The notes under the pieces: model-generated | Databases searched by the model: none | Told to the model about the DNA's origin: nothing | The model's input: the letters and a program-made list of their open reading frames with translations, nothing else | Shown: piece after piece, positions 8,546 to 16,674 of the stretch | Layout: each line of letters starts with the position of its first letter | Position numbering within the stretch: the first letter of the stretch is position 1 | IMG/VR virus record: IMGVR_UViG_3300028394_000193 | Span: 1 to 34,521 of that record | Length of the DNA stretch: 34,521 bases | Source of the DNA: a virus | Lineage: Duplodnaviria > Caudoviricetes | Strand: one strand, 5' to 3' | Program-made: the position numbers and the translations under genes

Positions 8546-9501
8546 TGATAGTCAAGGTATCTGATAAAGACTTCTTGGAGGCTTGGGAAAAGCACAAGTC
8601 CCCGGCAGCACTTGCAAAGTTGTTTAAAATGTCTGAACGCCGCGTCCACAGCAGGCGACGTTCATTAGAAAACCGTTTAAACATCAAGCTCACTGCTGAA
8701 AAACTAATCCCACCACACCTAAAGAAAGCCCGCCATCAAGCAGGTTTAACAGACGGGATAGTTCTAGTATTTAGTGATGCCCACTTCTGGCCCGGCATCA
8801 GAAGCACCGCGTTTAAAGGTCTTCTGTGGGCAATCAAAGAACTCAAGCCCCACGTCATCATTAACAACGGAGACGCATTTGATGGTGCCGCGATCAGCAG
8901 ATATCCTAGAATTGGTTGGGGTCATCAGCCCTCGGTTCGACAGGAGCTAGAAGCTTGTCAGGAAGCTCTAGGAGAGATTGAAAAAGCAGCACACAAGGCT
9001 AGGCACCACACACAACTGATATGGCCTTTGGGCAATCATGACAGCCGATTTGAGACTAAGTTAGCTCAGTCGGCATCAGAGTTTGAAGGGGTTTCAGGTT
9101 TATCTCTCAAAGACCATTTCCCCAAATGGCATGCTTGTTGGTCATGTTGGTTAACTGATAACGTGATTGTCAAACACCGATATAAGGGTGGCATTCACGC
9201 TACGCATCAGAATACCCAGTCAGCCGGGATTTCGATAGTAACTGGGCATCTACACAGTTTAAAATGTACCCCGTACAGTGACTACCGGGGCACGAGATTT
9301 GGGGTCGATACCGGAACATTGGCAGAGATCGATGGTCCACAGTTTATGGACTATCTGGAAGATTCGCCTGTAAACTGGAGATCTGGCTTCGCGGTTCTTA
9401 CATTCAAGGACTCAAAGATGTTATGGCCGGAGTTGGTAAGTAAGCACGAAGATGGGATAATAGACTTTCGTGGTCAACTCATTGATGTAAGTGGGTTCTA
9501 A
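8545..9501 (+). CDS. Calcineurin-like metallophosphoesterase with N-terminal HTH-like region
   Basis: Full motif set: SDAH, GDAFD, GNHD, H (KHRY), GHLH. Confidence 0.9.
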   Translation: MIVKVSDKDFLEAWEKHKSPAALAKLFKMSERRVHSRRRSLENRLNIKLTAEKLIPPHLKKARHQAGLTDGIVLVFSDAHFWPGIRSTAFKGLLWAIKELKPHVIINNGDAFDGAAISRYPRIGWGHQPSVRQELEACQEALGEIEKAAHKARHHTQLIWPLGNHDSRFETKLAQSASEFEGVSGLSLKDHFPKWHACWSCWLTDNVIVKHRYKGGIHATHQNTQSAGISIVTGHLHSLKCTPYSDYRGTRFGVDTGTLAEIDGPQFMDYLEDSPVNWRSGFAVLTFKDSKMLWPELVSKHEDGIIDFRGQLIDVSGF

Positions 9502-9659
9502 TGGAAGTAATTGACCTTTTCTTCAAGGCATGGCCGGTTCTGTTAGCGATCATTACGCTTATCGTTGTGCTGTCCAAGCTTGACCTTAGAGTTGCGGTGC
9601 TTGAGGAAAAGGTAAAAAGTGCTTTTGAGATCATCAACAAGATGAAGGACAAGCAATGA
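9501..9659 (+). CDS. Small membrane protein (one TM helix plus coiled coil; holin/antiholin-like; not in ORF track)
   Basis: MEVIDLFFKAWPVLLAIITLIVVLSKLDLRVAVLEEKVKSAFEIINKMKDKQ, with TAATG and ATGA overlaps at its ends. Confidence 0.7.
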   Translation: MEVIDLFFKAWPVLLAIITLIVVLSKLDLRVAVLEEKVKSAFEIINKMKDKQ

Positions 9660-9967
9660 GCGAGAAACTTGAGGCTAAAAGTCAGTTAATAGAGAAGACT
9701 GCATTTGCTGTCCTGCCGATTTTGTTCACTTGTGTTGTTTATCTGATGTCTGCTCTAGACAAACTCACGCATGAGGTCACTGTACTTAACGCCAAGATCA
9801 GCCTTGTGGTTACATCTGACAACAAACAAGCCGTGAACTCTGGTGCTGAACTTGCAAGGGAAAAATTGCGGCAAGAGCTTGAGAAAGAGATTCAACGCAA
9901 CCGCGACATGATTCACGATAATCAGAAGCACATCAGCATCATCGAAGACCGGATGGCGAGGAAATAA
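9656..9967 (+). CDS. Membrane-anchored coiled-coil protein in the lysis cassette
   Basis: TM segment AFAVLPILFTCVVYLM followed by a heptad-rich helix. It is coupled to the endolysin gene. Confidence 0.65.
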   Translation: MSEKLEAKSQLIEKTAFAVLPILFTCVVYLMSALDKLTHEVTVLNAKISLVVTSDNKQAVNSGAELAREKLRQELEKEIQRNRDMIHDNQKHISIIEDRMARK

Positions 9968-10482
9968 TGGCTGACTTCAATCCCGCATTTGACAAGATGA
10001 TCGTCGATGAAGGCGGTTATGTTTTACACACTGTTGCCGGGGATACCGGGGGAATGACTTATGCAGGAATTGCACGCAACTCAAATCCTCAGTGGCCGGG
10101 ATGGAACCTTATTGACCACGGCGCTATCGACAATCCGCTCCTTACTGGGATGGTGCGTAACTTTTATAAAGTTGAGTTTTGGGATCGTATCCGAGGGGAT
10201 GAGCTTACGAGCCAAGTTGTTGCGGAAAACCTCTTCAACTTTGGGGTAAACACCGGCATCAAAGTTGCAGTCAAACTAGCTCAGTTGATTGTGGGCGCTA
10301 CTCCAGATGGCGCGATTGGCGATGTGACCATGCAAAAGTTCAACAATGTTGAACCCGAAGCGTTTAGGAAAGCTTATGCTTTGGCAAAGATTACTCGATA
10401 CGCCGACATTTGCAATAAAAACAAAACTCAATCCAAATTTCTTCTTGGTTGGATTAATCGAACTTTGAAAGGGCTTAAGTAA
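9967..10482 (+). CDS. Endolysin, glycoside hydrolase family 108 with PG_binding_3 domain
   Basis: EGGY...DTGGMTYAGI catalytic motif, FNFGVNTG, DGAIG, and C-terminal KFLLGWINR. Confidence 0.9.
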   Translation: MADFNPAFDKMIVDEGGYVLHTVAGDTGGMTYAGIARNSNPQWPGWNLIDHGAIDNPLLTGMVRNFYKVEFWDRIRGDELTSQVVAENLFNFGVNTGIKVAVKLAQLIVGATPDGAIGDVTMQKFNNVEPEAFRKAYALAKITRYADICNKNKTQSKFLLGWINRTLKGLK

Positions 10483-10919
10483 TGGATCTGATTGGTATTG
10501 GGTCAATCATTGAAGGAGTTGGCAAAGTTGCGGATTCGCTTATTACGACCGACAAAGAACGGGCAGAGATGGCGCTGGAAGAGCGCAAACTCGATCTGGA
10601 GGAAAAGAAAATTGACCAAGCCACTGATTTGGCACAGGTCGAGATTAACAAGATTGAAGCTGGCTCTTCTAGCTTATTTGTCTCTGGCTGGCGTCCTGCT
10701 GTCGGGTGGATTGGGGTTGCTGGCTTGGCTTACCAGTTCTTAGGTTACCCGTTGATGCAGTGGCTATGGGCTTTTGGGCAGGGTTACGATATCATTCCTA
10801 AAGGTTTAAACCCGCCGCCGGATCTTGATGTTGAGCAACTGATGACGCTGCTTGCCGGTTTGCTTGGGTTTGGCGGTATGCGTAGCTTTGAAAAGCACAA
10901 GGGCGTAGCGAGCAAGTAA
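10482..10919 (+). CDS. Holin, GTA_holin_3TM-like
   Basis: AQVEINKIEA...FVSGWRPAVGW...LLGFGGMRSFEKHKGV signature. Confidence 0.85.
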   Translation: MDLIGIGSIIEGVGKVADSLITTDKERAEMALEERKLDLEEKKIDQATDLAQVEINKIEAGSSSLFVSGWRPAVGWIGVAGLAYQFLGYPLMQWLWAFGQGYDIIPKGLNPPPDLDVEQLMTLLAGLLGFGGMRSFEKHKGVASK

Positions 10920-13081
10920 TGCCACTTAAGAAGATACTGTTTAAACCCGGAGTTAACAAAGAAAACACACGCTATACAACCGAAGGCGGGTGGTACGAAT
11001 CTGACAAGGTTCGTTTTCGTCAAGGAACTCCGGAAAAAATTGGCGGATGGCTTCAGGTTTCTGCCAGTAAATTCCTTGGTGTCTGCCGGTCTTTGTGGAA
11101 CTGGGTAACCCTTTCAGGGCAGAACCTGCTTGGCGTTGGCACAAACCTAAAGTTTTACATTGAAAACGGTGGTGCGTATTACGACATCACCCCTATTAGA
11201 ACTTCGGCAACGCTTAGTTCTAACCCGTTTGCGGTCAACGGCACTACAAATGTAGTCACTGTCACCGCCACAGGTCACGGCGCAATTGACGGGGACTACG
11301 TTACGTTCAGTGGTTCTACGCTTGCTGACTTTAACGCCCAATTCAGCATTACGTATGTAAATGCTAATTCCTACACCATTACTACGCCCACCGTAATCAC
11401 TCCGGCGGGAAACAAAGGTGGTTCTGCGGTTGTTGCTGTGTATCAAATTAATGTTGGTGCCGCCTCTGTCACCCCTATTACTGGGTGGGGCGCTGGGACT
11501 TGGGGAACCCCGCCAACAGTTGCTCCTCCATCTACTGTAGGTACTTGGGGTTATGGTGTTTCTTCCACTTACAGCATTCGTCTGTGGAATCAAATAAATT
11601 GGGGACAGAACCTAGTGTACGGGTTCCGTGGCGGTCCTTTGTATTATTGGGATGCTGCAATTGGATACGCAACCACAGTGGTTAGCATTTCTTTTGCCTC
11701 CCCTGCTGTGGTTACGTCTGTCGTTACTATAGCTACAGGCACCCCATTTACGTTTTCAACATCAGGAACTCTCCCTACTGGACTGACTCCGGGCGTAACG
11801 TATTACGCAATTGCATCCACTGGGACATCGTTTAATGTGTCATTGACTGCTGGCGGCGCAGCCATTAATACCACGGGTGCGGGCAGCGGGACTCACTACA
11901 TCAATCCCAACGGCGTACTACTATCCAGTCTTGCCGGTTCTGATGGGTATGCTCCTCTTTACCAAAACACAATGACCGTATCGGATGCAAGCAGATTTTT
12001 GCTTGTGTTTGGTACAAATGATTATGGGTCAAGCACATTAGATCCAATGTTGATACGTTGGTCAGACCAAGAGTCATTAACCACTTGGTATCCAGCAGCA
12101 ACGAATCAAGCAGGAAGTATTCGTTTATCTCATGGCTCAGAAATAGTTACGGTGCTACAAAGTCGGCAAGAGATTCTTGTTTGGACCGATTCTAGTCTCT
12201 ATGCTTTGCAATACGTTGGGCCATCTGCTGTATGGCAAGTTCAATTGCTTGCAGACAACATTTCAATCGCAAGCCCTAATGCGGTTGCTTTGGCATCTGG
12301 TGTTGTATATTGGATGGGCGTAGATAAGTTTTACAAATACGACGGTCGAGTTCAAACCTTGCGTTGTGACTTGCGTCAATACATATTTGATGAAACTCTA
12401 AACAAAAACGAATTTGATCAAGTGTTTGCAAGTACAAACGAAGGGTTTAATGAAGTTTGGTTTTTCTATGTTCCAAAAGGCTCAAGCACTGTAGGGCTTT
12501 ATGCCGTATATAACTATTTTGAAAACAATGGAAACGGGGATGTTGGGGTTTGGTATTACGGATCAATGGCAAGAACCGCTTGGATCGATGGTGGATTGCT
12601 TGATTATCCAACGGCAGCAACCTATAGCTATAACCTTGTTCAACATGAATATGGTTTAAACGATTGCACTGATTCTGTTACAGGTTTGCCAATTGAAGCT
12701 TACATAAATTCTTCTCAATTTGACATTGAGGATGGTCAAAACTTTGGGTTTGTCTGGCGTCTTGTTCCAGACATAACCTTTCGTGGTTCGACCGCAACCT
12801 CCCCTACTGCCACAATGACTTTGTTGCCTCTTCAAAACTCTGGTTCCGGTTATAACAACCCAACCTCTGTTGGGGGCACAAGCTATGCGTCTATATCTAA
12901 CAGTGGCAATCAGTCAATCACTGTTGGCGGCAAAGCTTATACAATTGAACAGTTTACTGGTCAGGTATATACCCGTGTGCGCGGTCGCCAAATGTCTTTC
13001 TCTATCTATTCCAATCAACTAGATACAACGTGGCAGCTTGGTGCTCCTCGTATTGACATTAGAGCGGATGGAAGACGATGA
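10919..13081 (+). CDS. Tail tubular/nozzle-like (head-closure, P22 gp10/T7 gp12-like) protein
   Basis: 720 aa with beta-propeller-like segments (LIRWSDQE, VYWMG..KFYKYDG, NEVWFFY) and C-terminal RVRGRQ...WQLG.PRID. It lies just before the ejection genes. Confidence 0.7.
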   Translation: MPLKKILFKPGVNKENTRYTTEGGWYESDKVRFRQGTPEKIGGWLQVSASKFLGVCRSLWNWVTLSGQNLLGVGTNLKFYIENGGAYYDITPIRTSATLSSNPFAVNGTTNVVTVTATGHGAIDGDYVTFSGSTLADFNAQFSITYVNANSYTITTPTVITPAGNKGGSAVVAVYQINVGAASVTPITGWGAGTWGTPPTVAPPSTVGTWGYGVSSTYSIRLWNQINWGQNLVYGFRGGPLYYWDAAIGYATTVVSISFASPAVVTSVVTIATGTPFTFSTSGTLPTGLTPGVTYYAIASTGTSFNVSLTAGGAAINTTGAGSGTHYINPNGVLLSSLAGSDGYAPLYQNTMTVSDASRFLLVFGTNDYGSSTLDPMLIRWSDQESLTTWYPAATNQAGSIRLSHGSEIVTVLQSRQEILVWTDSSLYALQYVGPSAVWQVQLLADNISIASPNAVALASGVVYWMGVDKFYKYDGRVQTLRCDLRQYIFDETLNKNEFDQVFASTNEGFNEVWFFYVPKGSSTVGLYAVYNYFENNGNGDVGVWYYGSMARTAWIDGGLLDYPTAATYSYNLVQHEYGLNDCTDSVTGLPIEAYINSSQFDIEDGQNFGFVWRLVPDITFRGSTATSPTATMTLLPLQNSGSGYNNPTSVGGTSYASISNSGNQSITVGGKAYTIEQFTGQVYTRVRGRQMSFSIYSNQLDTTWQLGAPRIDIRADGRR

Positions 13082-13371
13082 GTAATATTGCAGCCCCACG
13101 CTTACCCAACTCAACGGTTGAGTACGATCAGAACTACATTAATGAACTAACCAATATTTTACGGCTGTACTTCAATCAAATCGATAGCGCGGTTAATCGA
13201 CTAAGCACCCCGGTAACGGTAGATCAGTTATCAAGCGCGGTTGTGTCCGGCGTAGGAGCCAGAAGGTTTGTTATTGATTCTTCTGTGTCTACATTTGGAA
13301 CCACGGTGGCCGGTGGCGGTTCAAATAAAGTTCCTGTGTATTCAGACGGTACAAACTGGAAGGTGGGTTAA
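13078..13371 (+). CDS. Small virion protein
   Basis: PRLP...EYDQ.Y...L..ILRLYFNQID N-terminus and VYSDGTNW C-terminus, with ATGA overlap. Confidence 0.6.
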   Translation: MSNIAAPRLPNSTVEYDQNYINELTNILRLYFNQIDSAVNRLSTPVTVDQLSSAVVSGVGARRFVIDSSVSTFGTTVAGGGSNKVPVYSDGTNWKVG

Positions 13372-13426
13372 TTATGGGGATTTTTGACAATCTATTTTTG
13401 TTTCGGCGTTATAAAAAGGTTTAATC

Positions 13427-15532
13427 ATGCCTTGGGTAGCATTTCCAGCCGGAACCGGCCAAGATGACCAGTTTTACTGGGTAGAAGACGACCCCGCTGT
13501 ACTAGCAAGACAACAAGAAGAGGAGATTGCTAGACAGCAAGCAGAAGCTGCACGTATTGAACAATTAAAACCCTTAATGGCAGAGCTTGGTGGAGATAGC
13601 CCACAAGCCAGAGCTATTGCTGAAGGACTTCAAAAGCAAGGCATTACAAGCACCAAAGACATTGAGTATAAAAAAGTACCAGCAACAGAACGTGTTTCTA
13701 TGTTTGCCACTCGCGGGCCTAATGGAAATCTTCCATTAGGAATTTACGACGAGTATGGAGGTCCGGTTGGTGGCATTACAAAGGTCGGCGAAAGAATTAC
13801 AGAGCCAAGTTTTAGTGATAATGGGTATAACCCCGGCGAGTTAGTTTGGGATGTAGAGCGTCCAACCGGAGAATATATTAGCAGCTTTATAAATAAAAAA
13901 ACAAATCAACCTATAAACCCCAATCGTGTTGGAATCATTCAAAACGGTCAAGCGGGAGTTGAAGGCGGAGATGTATTCTTTAATTTAAACGCTGACGAAA
14001 GTGGTAATGTTAAGTTTGACCCGCAGTGGAGTCCTCGCTCAAAGGGGTTTTTGGGTAGCGGTCTAGGTCAAGCAATCTTGTCTTTGGGATCTATAATTCC
14101 CAATCCCCTTACGCCCGCTTTTGTTGCAGCTAAAGCTGGTTATGCCTTGGCTCATGACCAACCATTACAAGCTTTAGCAGCCGTTCTTCCTTATGGTTTG
14201 CAAGAGCTTGCAACTGCTGGCAATTTGTCTAGCCTTGCGGGTAGTGCTGATTTTGTCCCCACCGCCGCAACATCAGCAGGAAAGATTGCCGAAGCCGTTG
14301 GGATTCCAAGCGCATATGCTGATGCGGCTGGCAGGGCTGGAGTTGCGGCTTTAAGATCAGGATTGACTGGCGGCGACATAGGGAAAGCCCTTCTCATGTC
14401 CCAGCTTCCATCACCCGGAAGTTTTGTAAAAGATGCGGGAGACTTCTCTAAAGGGATTGCCGGGTTTGATGTTGGCGATACATCAGAGTTTGATTCTAAT
14501 GCGCTCAAAGAATTGGATGGTTGGAATAGCTGGGAAGGCGGAGACAATCTCAACGCTCTTGATACTGTTATCATTAGGCCAACCCTGAGTGATTACGGCG
14601 ACCCTGACTATGTAACTCCTTTTGGTCAGGGAATGGTGGACGACACATGGACGACCGAAGGTGTTCCGTATGAGCTTCCTAATGACCCTAACTATGTGAC
14701 CCCTCCGGGTCAAGGTATGGTGGACGATGCATGGACAACTGAAGGCATCCCATCAGTCTCTCCCAGTCAACCAACAAAACCCAGTGCACCAACAAAACCC
14801 AGTGGATCAACAAACCCCAAACTTGATCTAAACGGTTTGCTTTCATTGTTTGCTCTTGGCTCTACGTTTAATCAACCAAAACTTGATGCAAAGTTTGAAA
14901 ACTTCCAATCGCCTACTGACTTAAAAGGTGGGTATTCTTTTGATTGGAACGCTCAACCGTTTAAACAACCCGAAGGCGGCAACGCTTACAGTCAGGACTA
15001 TTACGGGCAACACTGGAATAAAACTATGGCACAAGGCGGCATAACATCCATACCGTTTGCACACACTGTTGGGGATAGCGGTGTTCACGCAAATAAGCCT
15101 TCCAGTATTGCTACTCAGGTAATACAACATCTGCGTAACGGTGGGCATGTTATGGACGACAAGGCTCATTCAGAGGTCAAGTATCTTGCCAGCAAAGGCG
15201 AACCAGTTCATCATATCGTTGGCTTTATGAAGCACCGGATGGGGGGTATTACATCCCTAGGCTCTTACTCCGATGGCGGTCAGCTTCTCAAAGGCCCCGG
15301 CGATGGTATGTCTGATGACATCCCCGCCACTATCGCAGACAAGCAACCTGCCCGTCTTGCGAACGAAGAGTTTGTAATCCCCGCTGATGTTGTTTCTCAT
15401 CTTGGGAATGGCTCCTCTGAGTCCGGCGCAAAGGTTCTATACGACATGATGGCTAAAGTGCGAAAGGCTAGAACCGGGAATCCAAAACAAGGCAAACAGA
15501 TTGATGCCCACAAATTCATGCCAAAGGTTTAA
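13427..15532 (+). CDS. Putative internal virion/ejection protein
   Basis: G/A-rich hydrophobic middle, internal duplications, and C-terminal GPGDGMSDDIPA...ARLANEEFVIPADVVSHLGNG motif. Confidence 0.65.
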   Translation: MPWVAFPAGTGQDDQFYWVEDDPAVLARQQEEEIARQQAEAARIEQLKPLMAELGGDSPQARAIAEGLQKQGITSTKDIEYKKVPATERVSMFATRGPNGNLPLGIYDEYGGPVGGITKVGERITEPSFSDNGYNPGELVWDVERPTGEYISSFINKKTNQPINPNRVGIIQNGQAGVEGGDVFFNLNADESGNVKFDPQWSPRSKGFLGSGLGQAILSLGSIIPNPLTPAFVAAKAGYALAHDQPLQALAAVLPYGLQELATAGNLSSLAGSADFVPTAATSAGKIAEAVGIPSAYADAAGRAGVAALRSGLTGGDIGKALLMSQLPSPGSFVKDAGDFSKGIAGFDVGDTSEFDSNALKELDGWNSWEGGDNLNALDTVIIRPTLSDYGDPDYVTPFGQGMVDDTWTTEGVPYELPNDPNYVTPPGQGMVDDAWTTEGIPSVSPSQPTKPSAPTKPSGSTNPKLDLNGLLSLFALGSTFNQPKLDAKFENFQSPTDLKGGYSFDWNAQPFKQPEGGNAYSQDYYGQHWNKTMAQGGITSIPFAHTVGDSGVHANKPSSIATQVIQHLRNGGHVMDDKAHSEVKYLASKGEPVHHIVGFMKHRMGGITSLGSYSDGGQLLKGPGDGMSDDIPATIADKQPARLANEEFVIPADVVSHLGNGSSESGAKVLYDMMAKVRKARTGNPKQGKQIDAHKFMPKV
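14600..14755 (+). repeat. Tandem 84-nt (28-aa) imperfect duplication
   Basis: DPDYVTPFGQGMVDDTWTTEGVP starts at 14600 and DPNYVTPPGQGMVDDAWTTEGIP starts at 14684. Confidence 0.9.
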
Positions 15533-15534
15533 AC

Positions 15535-16674
15535 ATGCCTAATTTCTTTAACCCATCGCTGTCAAACACGCCAAGATATAAAGGGGAAACCTCAACTCCC
15601 GGCGTAACTCCATATGCAGAAGACCTTCTAAAGCGCGGGCAAGCATTTACAAGCGCGGGAGTTCCTGTTTACGGCGGTCAGTTAACCACTGGACCGTCTA
15701 GCTATCAGAACCAAGCTTGGCAAGGGCTGTCTAACCTAACGCTTCCTAAGAATCTTACAGAAGCAGGGACCGCACTAGGGAATATCTCTAGTCAACAGCA
15801 GGGCCTTTCTTACGATCCAACTAAATTTACTACTGGCACATTTGGAAACGAACAAGCTCTTCAGTACATGAATCCGTACATTGAAGCAGCTTTAAATCCT
15901 CAATTGGATTTGTTGCAGCGCAGAGCAGCCATAAACCAACAAGCTGATATGGCTAAGTTAGCACAGGCTGGCGCGTTTGGAGGCTCTAGGCAAGCAATTC
16001 TTCAGGGCTTAACCCAAGAGAACTTGCTTAGGGAACAGGCAGCAACTGCCGGTACTGGGTATGAAAAGGCTTATAACGCCGCTATGGCTCAGTTTAATGC
16101 CGATCAAGCGCGAGATATGGAGGCTCAAAAAGCTTCTGAACAAAGCAAGCAATATGGCGCTGGATATAAACAGACTGGGTTATCGAATGCGGCAAGCGCA
16201 GAACAGGCAAGAGCAGCAGTAGGTGCCAATGAAGCTCAGTATGGTTTGCAAAATTTAAACGCTCTTTCTGCTGCTGGCGCTCAACAGCAAGAGCTTGAGC
16301 AAGCCGCCTTGAATGCTCAGTACAAAGATTGGCTACGCCAAACTGATTACCCCGGCAAGCAGCTTGACATGCAAAAGGGGCTTATTAGCTCATTGGCTCC
16401 CTATATGCCTAAGAGTGAAGTTGCATATGGTCAGAAAGAAAGCGGTTTGCAACAAACTGCTGGCGGCGTAGCAGCAATTACAAAACTTGCCAAAGACATG
16501 GGCATTAACTCTTATACTGATTTAGCAAAAGCGTTTGGCACTTCTGTTGATGCATTGAAAGGTGTATTTGGTATCACTGCGGCTTCAAGTGCTGGCTATG
16601 CTGACGATGAGTTTTCTCTAGCGGCTGAAGGTGGGTTGGCTGGTATGCTACACAAGATGCGAGGTCAAAAATGA
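15535..16674 (+). CDS. Putative DNA-transfer/ejection protein (P22 gp7-like)
   Basis: QYMNPY...AGAFGGSRQAI motif, with Q/A-rich helical composition. Confidence 0.65.
   Translation: MPNFFNPSLSNTPRYKGETSTPGVTPYAEDLLKRGQAFTSAGVPVYGGQLTTGPSSYQNQAWQGLSNLTLPKNLTEAGTALGNISSQQQGLSYDPTKFTTGTFGNEQALQYMNPYIEAALNPQLDLLQRRAAINQQADMAKLAQAGAFGGSRQAILQGLTQENLLREQAATAGTGYEKAYNAAMAQFNADQARDMEAQKASEQSKQYGAGYKQTGLSNAASAEQARAAVGANEAQYGLQNLNALSAAGAQQQELEQAALNAQYKDWLRQTDYPGKQLDMQKGLISSLAPYMPKSEVAYGQKESGLQQTAGGVAAITKLAKDMGINSYTDLAKAFGTSVDALKGVFGITAASSAGYADDEFSLAAEGGLAGMLHKMRGQK

Noticed and set aside
13384-13415. Sigma70 promoter TTGACA...TATAAA
   Set aside because: The spacer is 20 bp, too long for a canonical promoter.
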